DNA of 36,807 bases from Conidiobolus incongruus B7586 (taxonomy: Eukaryota): the NCBI GenBank assembly GCA_000697335.1, contig JNEM01011478.1, positions 1 to 36,807 of the forward strand, read 5' to 3'. The translations under genes and the position numbers were made by a program. This document shows positions 25,065 through 36,807 of this stretch, piece by piece. How positions within the stretch are numbered: position 1 is the stretch's first letter; every line of letters begins with the position of its first letter. The notes beneath the pieces are model-generated. The model was not told the origin of the DNA. It did not search any database and was given only the letters and a program-made list of their open reading frames with translations.

Positions 25065-25370
25065 GTTTTATATACTGATATTTAACTTTGATTGATTGTT
25101 TAGCTTTTGGTACATGCTACATGCTAATTACAATAATTTATAAAAAAAATTTGATATTATGGGATTAGAATTTTGATTATTTTAATTAAACTTTATATCA
25201 TACAAAATATTAAATAATCATGTAAATTAAATATAAACAAATTTTTATAAATTAAATTCAAAATTTATTTAAATGTAAAGGCGCAAAAGAATGCTGAATA
25301 AATTAAATAGTTATATATATATGTATACATATATATTTTATATATGGGGGAGGGTTTAATATTTTTAAGT

Positions 25371-26028
25371 TTATAACTTGTTCACTTCCAACTTAGAAAT
25401 TTTGAGTATAGTATAATAATTACGATATACATATTGACGTCTATAACCCTTTCTGGGACGATGTTTAACAATATTAATTTCGGGACCTCGACAGTGTTCC
25501 ATAACAGTAGCTTCAATATTAAAATATTCTGGACTGATTAAAGGGTCTCCAACAATGGAGAAATCTTTGGAACCTAACTCTAATACTTGATTCAAACGAA
25601 TTTTATCTCCAATCTCTAATTCGGCATTTCTATTCAATACAATGTTGTCAAATTCGGTTATGGTGTATTTGCGCCCTTTAATCTCTACAACCGCATAGTA
25701 TTTGGTTTGGTCTCTGAGCTGATTGACTAATTGTTTGGTTTGAGGGGAGAAAGAAGTGGAAGATTCAGTAGTAGTATTAGCTAACACTATATAATTAAAC
25801 CCAAATTAATATTTTTGTCCTAGATCGATTTTAATATAAAAAATATTACTGGAAGCGTTAGAGTGAAGGAGACGGCTAAAAGAAGCACCGAGAATTTGAG
25901 CAGCGGGCTTTTGAACTATAGATAAATAAGTTAATAAATCGAAATAAAATAAATAATTAAATTAATTTACCCCAGTTAATCTTTGATACAGCTCTCAAAG
26001 AGCGAGAAAATAAGTTGAGGGAGTTCAT
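25371..26028 (-). CDS. MRPL49: Mitochondrial ribosomal protein bL21m, about 179 aa
   Basis: Exons 26028-25971, 25915-25850 and 25786-25371. Arg/Ser-rich, acid-free N-terminal presequence, then YAVVEIKGRKYTIT...VLELGSKDFSIVGDP...YTILKI. Confidence 0.88.
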
Positions 26029-27311
26029 AATATTTGTATTAAAATTAAGTATATCAATCTATTAATATTTCAATTCAAATATATATATTTATTTATCTAG
26101 ATAATGTATATATTTCTATTGATTAATAAATAGTATAAATTAGCTCCAAAAATATCTAAATTAATCAATTTTAATATTTTTATTTTATGGATTTTGGAAT
26201 TTTTGTATTATATTTGATTTAAGAGTTGGGAAATTGTGGGACCTTGAGGGAAATGTTGAGAACAAGTGTTTGATATCTAATCATATATCAATATATTTTG
26301 ATTCAATATTCAAAAATTATGATATTTTCGTTAGTTTGATAAACTTAATATATTCGAAATTTTATTCTGATTAAAATGTTAATTTCAAACAAAGGAAATC
26401 TAATTTGTTTTTGATTTTATAAATAAATTAATAAGGAATATATATTAGTATACTTTGATTGAGGGATTTATTGATACCATTTAATCACAACAATAAGATC
26501 TATATATGTAAAAAAAGAAATAGATTTAAATAAATATTTACATTTAAAGATACTCTAAACGTTTCGACTCAAAATAAGATTTAATAAAGATTTATTTAGG
26601 ATATATTAGTGCTATATATGGAAATTAATAAAGCTTTTATTGTTATCTATTATCTGGATAATAAATATATAACTCAAAATCATATCAAAGTTAATAGAAA
26701 CAATTGTAACATTTTCAAGTGTATGAGGTAATTATTCTTAAAAATGATCAAATTATCAAAAATATTTACATCTACAAATAAAGATAACATTTTTAAAATT
26801 CTTATTCAACGAGAGTATATCAATTTTAATGTTTCCAATAAAAGTATCTAATTAATTTTTACTATTAAATTTATTATTTGTATCCAATCTCCTTAATCGT
26901 TACTGTTGATACAAATCTGTAAAAATTCACAATTCAGGAGTCAAACAAATAAAAGTAATAAAATAAATCTTCATAAAAAAGTTATATTAAATAGATTAAT
27001 ATAGTGTCAAAAAATGAATACTATTTAACCTTTTGTAGATATTGTTAAGATGGGTTAAACTTTGTTTAGTATTTTAATTAAATTTTTTATGGCGTTAGTG
27101 TTTCAAGAAATTGATCAGATTGATGTTGTATTAAATGAATAAAGAAATATAATGGGTTAGTGATAATATTAAATATCAAAATTTGATTTCATTGTATTGA
27201 TAAAAGTAAAGATTTTGATACTTTATATTAAGGGTATTGAAAAAAAAATAAAAAATATAATCATTTAGTTTAACTGGTTCTATAAAAGTTTCTATGAAGA
27301 TCCAAATACAG

Positions 27312-27383
27312 GTGCCAGTAGTATAATGGTTAGAATACTCGCCTTCCAAGCAAGTGGTCTGGGTTCGATTCCCAGCTGGCGCA
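27312..27383 (+). tRNA. tRNA-Gly(TCC)
   Basis: 72-nt cloverleaf: GTGCCAG/CTGGCGC acceptor stem, anticodon loop CT-TCC-AA, T arm CTGGG-TTCGATT-CCCAG. One C-A mismatch in the anticodon stem. Confidence 0.9.
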
Positions 27384-28417
27384 TTTCGCTTTCGTATCTC
27401 ATTATTTTTCATCATCTTTATTCGAGTTCAATAAAATATTTTATTCTCAGTTTTTAATATTGAATATCATCTATACAATTTTTCTCTATTTCTGTTATAT
27501 ATGTTGCTTTGATATTTTAATTTTTTCTAAAATTACCTTTTGCCAATTGAACTTTTTTAAATATTTATTATTCAATATAATCTAATTTAAATAAACAAAC
27601 TATTTTTAAGTTATACCGTTTTCTGTAAGAATAATATAATAATGCTATAAAAAGGATTTGATTAATATAGCTTTTAATAGTATTATTTATTATAGGCGAT
27701 CCAATCATTTGATAACTCATCAAAATAAATAACTATCATTTTCTCATCATTAAGATCGATACTAACAAAACTCCAAATTATTCGATTTGAATATCTGTTC
27801 TAACAAGAATGATATAAGCGTTTAAATTGTTAATACTGAGTTACGATATTTAAATAACAACAAATATTAATTTTTAATTGATTAGATATTATTAAAGTTT
27901 TTGTTCATTAAAAAGTTCTCTGTATCAAAAAGGGTTAATAAGTTTTAATAGTAAAAAATTAAAGTTTAATTGTATCTAATAATTTATGATATAGTATAGA
28001 AAATATTAATGAAAATTAAATTTGTAAATATTTATTTAGAATAAATTTTTTAATTATCAAATATTAGAGTGCTATTGGTAATAAAATTAAATTACAAATT
28101 TGACAGATAATATTCATTATTAAATTTAAGTATTTTTTGATAAATGTAAGGTACATTTAATTACATTATTTAAGCAGCGATATTATTTTTGATAAAGAGG
28201 TCACACTTTCACTATTACAATTCTGATTTCCAATAATTACTAGCAATAAATTTACTTGGAATTGAAAAGTAGTTTTCAATTCGACCAATTCAGGGACATA
28301 TTATTGGTGAATAATTTCCCCTGAATTAGATGGAAAGATGATCACGGGTGTATTATAAAAATAGGATCGATCCAGTATATTAGAAAAAAATAATTATTTT
28401 ATTCAAAGGTTATAAAA

Positions 28418-29433
28418 ATGGCACCCTCAATTTTAAAGAGTATGAAAAGTATGAAAAGTATTAAGGGATTTAAAAAGAAGAAGCCTCAGTTTTTGGAGGG
28501 CATTATGATTCAGAGTCTCACAGGTGATGCGGTACTGATTACCGATCTCTGGGCCAATAATACCGTGATATTAAAGGTTTTAAGACGTTTCGGTTGTCCT
28601 CTCTGTCGGTAATATTTTATTATATATATCATAATACTGAGCATGTATTGATTCTATTATTTAGTTATGAATCTCGCCTTTTGTCCAATTTAAAGCCTTA
28701 TTTCGGTAATTTGATTTGTCATTATATATTTAATATCAAATCATTAATATTGATTCATATAGATGAACTCAACGTACGTTTAATCGGTATCGGTTTCGAA
28801 GAAGTAGGATTACAGGAATTCTTAGATGGAAAGTACTGGGAGTGGGAACTCTTCCTCGATACCGATCGTACCGTACACAAAGCACTGGGATTAGTCAAAT
28901 ATGGTATTGTTGCTGGATTGGCGGACCTGATGTCTGCAGCCAGTAGAAAAGCAGTCTCGGCAGCATTGAAGTTAGGTATTAAGGGTAATTTTGATGGTGA
29001 TGGTTTCCAATTGGGAGGTACGTTTGTAGTGGGTCCTGGTAACACTGGTTTACTTTATGAATATCGCCAAACGGTAATTATTATATCTTTATCAAATAAT
29101 ATCACTCGACTTATGATTTTTTAGGCTGCAGCTATATATCCATCTATCAAAGACTTATTTGCAGCAGCTGGTGGTAATCCAGATCTAGTGCAAGATGTAA
29201 TAATAAATATCGTTTATTTTTACTATGATTACTAATATATTGATTTATAGATGGCGCCTGAAGAATGTATTTTCTACCAAGAGAGTATGTACTCAACATC
29301 TACCGATCCTTCACTCGCCACATCTAAAGCAACGTCAATTACATCGTCCAAATACTATACCAATTCAGATACTGAATCCGATGATGGAGATAATTTTACC
29401 GATGCACTAGATGATATTTCAGTTTACTCTTAA
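28418..29433 (+). CDS. Peroxiredoxin-like 2 (PRXL2/FAM213/SelU-like, AhpC-TSA_2) protein, about 265 aa
   Basis: Exons 28418-28608, 28665-28705, 28763-29073, 29125-29196 and 29251-29433 join in frame. Motifs LRRFGCPLCR, LIGIGFE and GDGFQLGGTFVVG, with an acidic Ser/Thr-rich tail. Confidence 0.87.
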
Positions 29434-29572
29434 ATCAACTGCAGAGTTGATAATGTCAATTTAAAATATTCTACTGTAAATTTTATATTAGTTTAAAATG
29501 ATAATATAGTTGAATCATTTCATAAACAATCACAAAATCATTTTTATTTTGTTTGTACTTAATAAATTATCA

Positions 29573-29596
29573 ATATATATATATATATATATATAT
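29573..29596. repeat. (AT)n microsatellite
   Basis: About 12 AT units. Confidence 0.85.
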
Positions 29597-30673
29597 TCTT
29601 GTAAAAAACTATTAAAACCAATATTAACAAAATTAGATTTTAAAAATATAATATATGATTTTACTAATATGAACACTGTATTTAACTATATCTTAACCTT
29701 GAAATCGATTAAAACTGTAATATGATTATAAAGATTGATCAAATCGTTGAATAGTTTCTAAATTTAGGAACATACGTATATAAATCAGTTTTGATCATAT
29801 TTTTGAATTTCTCTGATCTCAAATACCCATTTCATTATTCAAATTTAATTAAAATCTATTAATGATAATGAAAATACTATTAGAATAATTGACTTCAGAA
29901 TGTTGATAATTCCAACCCATACATTTTTAAATATTATCTACTAACTCTAATGTATTAATATACTTTGATTTCTATTAATTATTTTTCAATGAGATCGGTT
30001 TTAATGATCTAATTCAGCTTATTAATTGTAAAAATCTATACTAAAAATATAGAAAATGTATATTCAATAGTTATGTGAATAAAATAGAATATATTATTTA
30101 AGAGCATATAAAGAATACATAATAGATTGATTATTAATATTTAATCATTGTATGTAATATTATTCCATGAACTCTCAATCAACTGAATAAAAATTTTTCT
30201 CCAATATTTATTAAATTGCAATTATAATTCAATTATTAATTCTATAACTAGAAGTACCACTATTCAATTATTATCTTAATCATTAATTTGGTGTTTTTAT
30301 CGATTAGTTGATATAATAAAATATACGAGTCAATAGTAACAACTTATTATAATATTATATTAATATTCTTTTTTATTTTTAAGAACTGTCTCAAAAATTT
30401 TTCAAATTGTGTTTAATATTTAAAATTAACAGTTTTCAAATTTAAACATATTTCCAAATTTAGACAAAATTTAATTAAATAGAGATTTAAGTTTTAATTT
30501 GAAATTAAATTGCTCATTCAAAAATAAATTCCCGATATTTTAGTGTTTAGTATATAAAGGATTGAAGGGTAAATACAAGTTTTACTTTTTTAAAATATTG
30601 TTACTAACTTATTATTATATTTATTATAATTTTATATAATTTTTAAGTTTTAATAATAATAAATTGATAAAGG

Positions 30674-32397
30674 ATGGCAAGTGATTTAAGTGCGAAAAAA
30701 GCTGATTTAGCTCGTATTGAAGGTAAATTCAAAACCTATGCAACTTATTAGTTTATTAATAATACTATTAGATGCTATGAACAATATGGAACTAGCATCT
30801 CAGGAAGATGAGAAAGCAATATTAACCGAAATGGGAGACAAGTCATCGGATAGACTTCAAGAAGATACCAGAATAAATATCAGTCCCAAGTTGGAGCCCT
30901 GTTTTCCTCTTACTAATACTTCTAATTTGTACTTTGGGCCCAAAGTAATTCAAGCTCCTGAGAGGACTCAAAAGGAGAAAGGTATATAAATTTTACTAAT
31001 ATTGTAGAATATTATTTATTAATTGAAATTATTTATAGATCAATATGTAAGTATAATCGAAATACCATCTAAATTGATAATTTTAATCCCAATATTCAGG
31101 AAGCAGGGGTACCCCTACCCAAAAACGAAGAGAGCACAGTATCGATATTGGACAGCCAATTCTATATGAATGTCGACTCCATCACTATTAAAAGAACCCA
31201 AGAATTTGACGAGTCGAACCCCTTTAAAAACATCAAACTTAGTTTGAGGTATAATTCATTGATTCCATGTACCTGGAAATTATTTTGGGCTTTTACCGAA
31301 GACGAATTCCGTCAAACAATATATCCGAATTCGGATAGTAAGCTGAAAATGTGTGAGATGGGTCATGTTCAGAGGAATTATTTGGAAATTCCAGGCAATG
31401 TAGGCATTAATCAAGAGTTGGTCATTGATGATATACAACAATATCTTGAAGGATTATTTAGGAAGGATGGTGGGTTTTTAATAAGACCTCCGGAGCCTAT
31501 TGCTGATGGATTGAGATCATCTTTTGAGAGGAAGCTGGTGGAAACTTGGACGCGAACTAATGAAGATAATGGAAATTCTAGGAGAAGGAGTAATTTAAGA
31601 TTAACTGTTGCTATTCCCAAGCCTGATCGAGCTCCTCCTCCACCTAGAGTTTGGTTCCCATTGATTTTACATCTTGCTTCTAATGATATTTGTGACGGGG
31701 AATTGGCTAGTTTAAAAAAGGGTAAATCTAAAAGCTTAATATGATACTAAATTATAACCCGGTTGATATTTAGCTAATCATTCACTTACTATATATATGG
31801 ATATCATGACTGAAGAGAGCAAAAAGATTGACGATACTCCAACTGGAAGAGAAAATCAAGAATATGACCCAAATGAAGTTATTCCTGTTAAAAACTTGAA
31901 CTTTGAAGTTCAGCATATTAAGACTAAAGTTACAGTAATTTTTACATTACTATATACTATTCCATTCAGGATGCTAATCTTTTTCTACTTACTAGATCAA
32001 TGGTAAAAATTTTATAGTTAACCCCATATTCGGATACGATACACTAGTCGAAAAGACGCTGGAGTCGAGTGCACCGCCTGAAAACCCTAACTTCGTACCA
32101 ATAAAAAAGGATAGTACTAATAAAGGATTAACAGAATGTGTAATATGCTTAGAAGCCAAATGCAATACAACAATTTTACCATGCAGGCATCTGTGTCTTT
32201 GTTACGATTGTTCCATAGAGTTGAATACTCAGACTAGGAGATGTCCAATTTGTAGACAAGGTAATTTAAATGAGAATGTTAACCATTGTTAAAATTAATG
32301 GTATTTTCTAGATGTTGACGCTTTATTACATATCGATATTCATGAAGCGACTGGAATTGGAGCTTTTAGTAACGTTCAAGCTCAAGTATGCAAATAG
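30674..32397 (+). CDS. C3HC4 RING E3 ubiquitin ligase, MGRN1/RNF157/LOG2-like
   Basis: Exons 30674-30722, 30772-30981, 31039-31046, 31100-31721, 31774-31934, 31996-32260 and 32312-32397 join in frame. C-terminal ECVICLEAKCNTTILPCRHLCLCYDCS...RCPICRQ preceded by INGKNFIVNPIFG. Confidence 0.82.
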
Positions 32398-33420
32398 TCG
32401 AATTTTATTAAAACTTGTAGTATTGCTTAAATCTGTTGCTAATTACATTAAATATTAATATGATCTAATTTTAAAAAAAATTGATTTTTGATTTTATATG
32501 TTTATTATCATTTAATGTTCAAAATATAAACCAAATTTTCATCTAAATATTAGTTGATCTGAGTGGGATCCGAACCTTGGACTAATTAATACGTTATACT
32601 AGCCTTAAAACCTTCAAGTTGATTCTTTACTTCTCAAAAATATTTTAAATATATATAAAATAAATTTGAATTGTGATTAATGATATTCAATTATTGCAAC
32701 TAATAATATAAATTTTTATTAAAAAGATATGACTCAAAGAGCTAAGCAAGTTTAGGCTTTCGCTTGACAACACAGTTGTAACCAAACTAGATCAAATTCT
32801 TTTATAAAAACATCTTGACCCAATCGCTTGAAATCTCTATTCAAATTACATTATAAATCTTTTGTATTTTCATATAACCAATTAAAAGGTTAATCAATAA
32901 GCACAAAATTTTGAATAATTTTAATGGATATTAATTGATATAATCAACTTAATTTTTAATTCTTATTAATTTCAAATAAAAACCTCTAGATAAATATTTG
33001 CAATGTTAAAATAAAAAAGATTGTAAATTAGATTAATTTATTGTGTAATGAATAAAATAAAAAATTATTGAATAAATATATAGATATAATACCTTCGATA
33101 CTTTGATAATATCATGATGAAAATTATAAATTACAAAAGTATTACCAATTTAATATATTTGTGAAGATTATGTAGATATATATTAAGTTGATTCAAAAAT
33201 GTAAAGTTTACTTATTTATTCAATATTATCCCCTTTTTGAATATATATATTTAATAGTAAAAATCGATATAGCATTTTTGAACAATTTCAAGAACATTTT
33301 ATTTAGTTAAATATGTGAAAAAATTAAAAAACAATCATATTACAAAGATTTGAATTAATATTAGATTAATTATTTATAAACTTTATAAGTCAATTTTTAT
33401 AGTACAAACTCTAAATTTGA

Positions 33421-36400
33421 TTAAGCTCTACCACTTCTGCCACTAGGAGCCAACACATGTTGCAAACCGTCGGGAAGATTGGGTAACTGAAGTTTGGTAG
33501 CGTCTGCAGGGGAGGGCAAGAAGCCGACGTGGACCAAATAGCTCAAGTAAAGGGGAATAAGGTCTTGCATAGGCCTGCATTTGACATCTGCATCCCATTG
33601 TTGAAGAAGTTGGACACAGTTGGTTTGATCGAGTTCTGGAGATTTAGTGGAAGTGGGTAAATCGTCGAGGACAAAGTGGAGAAGAGGATACAAAGCATTG
33701 TCTTGGTCGCTGAGCGTAACATCCATGAGAATATCTCTCCAGGTGACATAATCTTCAGTTTGGACATTGTACCCATATTGACTTAAGAAGTCGAAGAATT
33801 GGTTGAATTGGAATGGATGGGGGTTGGAGACGTGGAATACACCACGAGAAACTGAGATACTGGGATTGACAGCTGCTCCGATGACGACATCGGCAACGTA
33901 GTCGACTGAGCACATGTTGACGCGGTTGGTCATCGATGGAACCTTGCCTATTTGAACACATCCTTTGATTAAGCGCCACAAAAAGTCGTCAGTAATGGAA
34001 ACACCAGTTTGACAGTCGCCTACAATGTAACCTGGACGAATAATGGTTGCATGGGCACCCTTGGCATGAGCGTCCATGATTAATTTCTCACAGACCCATT
34101 TGGTTTGACCATAACCACTTCTTAATCCATGCTGACTTCCTGTTAAATCATCATTTTCAGGAACACCCATGTAAACAGGGTTCTTGCTTGAAAGGTTCAT
34201 TTCAGATAATCTAACATAATGTTCAGTGTCAAGGACACTAGTTGATGAGACGAAATGGAATCCCTTCATTTCCCCAGGGTTGCTGATACTCAATTTGAGT
34301 GCTTCCAAGGTACCCATAACGTTAGCATCCTTCAACTTACTATATGGGAATACCCAATGGACGAAAGCACCGTTGTGAATAACTGAATCAACCTTGGATT
34401 TCAATTCTTCCCACATAGTATCGGAGACACCCAGTTGAGGCAATGCCAAATCACCTTGAACTCCTATGATTCTATTTTCATATCCAGATTGCCAAAGCAA
34501 ATTGGATTCGAGATTGCTCTTGATTCTTTCGTAAGCCTTCTCGTCTGATTGACCTCTAGCGAGACAGTAAACGATAGCATTGGGATATCTCTGCAGCAAT
34601 CTAGCTAAAATAAATGAACCCAAGAAACCAGTAGCTCCAGTTAAAAAGTAAACGGGCTTCTCAGGATGAGGCATTCTAAGCTTGGGAGCAGTTTCAGGTG
34701 TCCAAGAACTCCATGGAGCAGATTGTGCCAATTTTTGGAATTCGCCAGAATAATCGAAAATCTCTTCTTCAGAGTGATCAGGTTCCAAAGTTAATTTTTG
34801 AAGAGTGGGGGTAGAGATAGGTGTATTGCTAACCAAGTTGAGATCGATATTTTTAATTCTGTCAATTTCAGAGCTCATTTTTTCAATTGTTGGATGGTTG
34901 AACACCAAGCTCAAAGATACATTAACTGCGAAAGCTTGACGAATTTGAAATAATAAGCGAGTGGCTAAGATTGAATGGCCTCCAAGATCAAAGAAGTTGT
35001 CTTCTAAATCGATAGAGCCTTTAATGCCAAGTACTTGAGCCCAAACTTGGTGAACTGCTTTTTGAGTTGAAGTGAGGTTTTCATGAACTTGCTTAGACTG
35101 ATACTTGGAAAGGTATTCAGCAGTATCCGGGAATGGTAAAGCATTCTTATCAATCTTACCGTTAGGAGTGAGAGGCAACTTGCGTAAAGGAACGATCAAA
35201 GTTGGAACACTGTAAGATGGAAGTTTTTGCTTGAGATAGTTTCTAAGATTTCTGATCAATCTGGTGTATCTTCTTGGAGGACCATCTTCATCGGCTTCAT
35301 CGGTACTCGTTTCGTCAGCTTCGGTACCGTCGGCTTCGTTGGGAACAAAATAAGATATTAAAGTTTGTTCCTCATTTCTGTCTCTCTTTACTAATGTAAC
35401 ATTTTCACGTACACGAGGATGCTGACTGAGATGAGTGTCAATTTCTCCCAACTCAATTCTAAATCCACGAATCTTGACTTGATCGTCAGCTCTACCAACA
35501 CATTCAACAGTTCCATCGGGCAAGTATCTACCCAAATCACCACTCTTATACATTCTATCTCTAGCACCTAAATAAAATGGCATTGACTCGTCATTGGTGG
35601 GAGGTTCATTAGCAAACCAATTGGTTTGGAACTTCTCCTTGGTGACATTATCCAATCGAAGATAACCTTCACTTAATCCACTGCTTCGAACATAGATTTC
35701 ACCAGCTTCGCCTACGCCGCACATTCTTCGCTTGCCATCCTTATCTGCCATTCTACTGACGACTAATAATTGCACATCTATCATACCTTGACCAGCTGGT
35801 AAAACATCCTTGACAGAGCTCAAGAAGGATGGGTGTGTAGATTTGGGAGGGATTAAGTAATAACTGACAGCTCTTTGTGTTTCTGTAGTTCCGTACATAT
35901 TGATGATTCTAACATTGGGAGCGAATTGTTGAAGCCTTAAGCAATCTCTCTTAGTCAAAATATCTCCAACAAAGAAGATATTGAAGAGGGACGGGATCTC
36001 AACCTGAGCATTAGCTGATAACAGTTGTCCCATAGCTGGTGTCAAGTGGGAGGTAGTGACTTCGTTATCACGCATCCATTGTGCCAATTGACCAGGAGTA
36101 GTGATAATATCAGGATGAGGAATTCTCAATTGAGCTCCCAAAAAGAGAGGAGTGAAAATATCTCTCTGGATAGGATCATGAGCAATTCCTGAAAGCATAG
36201 TAAACTTGTCATGCTCTGATAAGCTGAATTTTTCAGCCATCCAAGGGTAAAAGTGAGTTAAAGAGAAATGTCTTCCCCTTACACCCTTGGGAATACCAGT
36301 ACTACCACTGGTAAATGAAAGTGTAGCTACGGAATCAGGTCCAACTTCAACATTGACATCATGATCACAAATTTGTAGGGGCTTTTGAACAGAGTCTTCT

Positions 36401-36807
36401 TCATACACCAGTGAACCATCGTCTAAAAGTTCAAGGCCAGATAACGTGCATTTGACATCCAATTCTTTTTCAATGTACTCCTGAACAGATGGCAATAACT
36501 CACCGGCTCTCTTCAAATTTAGAATAGCTGTAGGTCTAGCGACTGAAAGATAAATATTTTGACGTTCAGGAGGATATGCAGGATCTAAAACATTGAAGGT
36601 AGCACCACATTTTAATATACCCATCACACCAATGACTAAATCTACACCACGATAGGCATACATAGTGACTACATCTTCCCTTTGAACACCGCCATTTAGC
36701 AGAAACTGAGCAACTTGATTGGATGCGTGATTAACTTGAGCGTATGTAAAAGTTCGTGTTCCAGTAACTCCTACATTGATATCAAATAATGTCTCTATAA
36801 GACAAGG
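33421..36807 (-). CDS. LYS2: Alpha-aminoadipate reductase (A-T-R domains); 5' end lies beyond the window
   Basis: The frame is open to the window edge. Motifs LSFTSGSTGIPKGVRGRHFSL, LSGIAHDPIQRD, NMYGTTETQRAVSY, YKSGDLGRY, carrier motif FFDLGGHSILA, reductase LTGATGFLG and GYGQTKW. Confidence 0.97.
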   Translation of the reverse strand, partial: PCLIETLFDINVGVTGTRTFTYAQVNHASNQVAQFLLNGGVQREDVVTMYAYRGVDLVIGVMGILKCGATFNVLDPAYPPERQNIYLSVARPTAILNLKRAGELLPSVQEYIEKELDVKCTLSGLELLDDGSLVYEEDSVQKPLQICDHDVNVEVGPDSVATLSFTSGSTGIPKGVRGRHFSLTHFYPWMAEKFSLSEHDKFTMLSGIAHDPIQRDIFTPLFLGAQLRIPHPDIITTPGQLAQWMRDNEVTTSHLTPAMGQLLSANAQVEIPSLFNIFFVGDILTKRDCLRLQQFAPNVRIINMYGTTETQRAVSYYLIPPKSTHPSFLSSVKDVLPAGQGMIDVQLLVVSRMADKDGKRRMCGVGEAGEIYVRSSGLSEGYLRLDNVTKEKFQTNWFANEPPTNDESMPFYLGARDRMYKSGDLGRYLPDGTVECVGRADDQVKIRGFRIELGEIDTHLSQHPRVRENVTLVKRDRNEEQTLISYFVPNEADGTEADETSTDEADEDGPPRRYTRLIRNLRNYLKQKLPSYSVPTLIVPLRKLPLTPNGKIDKNALPFPDTAEYLSKYQSKQVHENLTSTQKAVHQVWAQVLGIKGSIDLEDNFFDLGGHSILATRLLFQIRQAFAVNVSLSLVFNHPTIEKMSSEIDRIKNIDLNLVSNTPISTPTLQKLTLEPDHSEEEIFDYSGEFQKLAQSAPWSSWTPETAPKLRMPHPEKPVYFLTGATGFLGSFILARLLQRYPNAIVYCLARGQSDEKAYERIKSNLESNLLWQSGYENRIIGVQGDLALPQLGVSDTMWEELKSKVDSVIHNGAFVHWVFPYSKLKDANVMGTLEALKLSISNPGEMKGFHFVSSTSVLDTEHYVRLSEMNLSSKNPVYMGVPENDDLTGSQHGLRSGYGQTKWVCEKLIMDAHAKGAHATIIRPGYIVGDCQTGVSITDDFLWRLIKGCVQIGKVPSMTNRVNMCSVDYVADVVIGAAVNPSISVSRGVFHVSNPHPFQFNQFFDFLSQYGYNVQTEDYVTWRDILMDVTLSDQDNALYPLLHFVLDDLPTSTKSPELDQTNCVQLLQQWDADVKCRPMQDLIPLYLSYLVHVGFLPSPADATKLQLPNLPDGLQHVLAPSGRSGRA

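Noticed and set aside
25371..26028. Two L21 genes within 8 kb as a duplication
   Set aside because: eL21 and bL21 share a number only and are not homologous.
26450..28150. Possible decayed coding or TE relics around tRNA-Gly (also 4500-6100 and 12100-14200)
   Set aside because: I could not recover protein motifs, terminal repeats or a clear dinucleotide skew by eye; a translated search would be needed.
28580..28608. SelU-like protein as a selenoprotein
   Set aside because: The redox motif is encoded TGT-CCT-CTC-TGT (CPLC), with no in-frame TGA.
33421..36807. NRPS-like secondary metabolite cluster
   Set aside because: The motifs are those of primary-metabolic Lys2 and the visible neighbours are not biosynthetic.

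Overview
AT-rich eukaryotic DNA with short (about 50-60 nt) GT-AG introns. LYS2 identifies it as fungal; intron style, base composition and an intronless F-box/LRR gene suggest an early-diverging fungus, possibly Conidiobolus-like (inference). Intact genes: Grx3/4-type glutaredoxin, type I glutamine-synthetase-like gene, RPN5, a head-to-head RPL21/RPS9 pair, F-box/LRR protein, WW-WW-FF-FF splicing factor (absent from the ORF track), mitochondrial bL21, a PRXL2/SelU-like redoxin, an MGRN1-like RING ligase, a partial LYS2 and three tRNAs. Positions about 1.8-8.9 kb are a decay zone holding an XPF/RAD1 pseudogene and a dead paralog of the GS-like gene. The main finding is that the featureless-looking AT block at 6177-7470 is a full-length (about 1.3 kb) DD34D mariner inserted at a TA in codon 12/13 of that paralog. 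It has been almost erased by C-to-T/G-to-A changes that removed essentially all CpA/TpG/CpG from its core, a RIP-like genome-defence signature. RPS9 intron 1 also looks like an autoregulatory alternative-splicing switch. All gene models were read by eye and lack transcript support.
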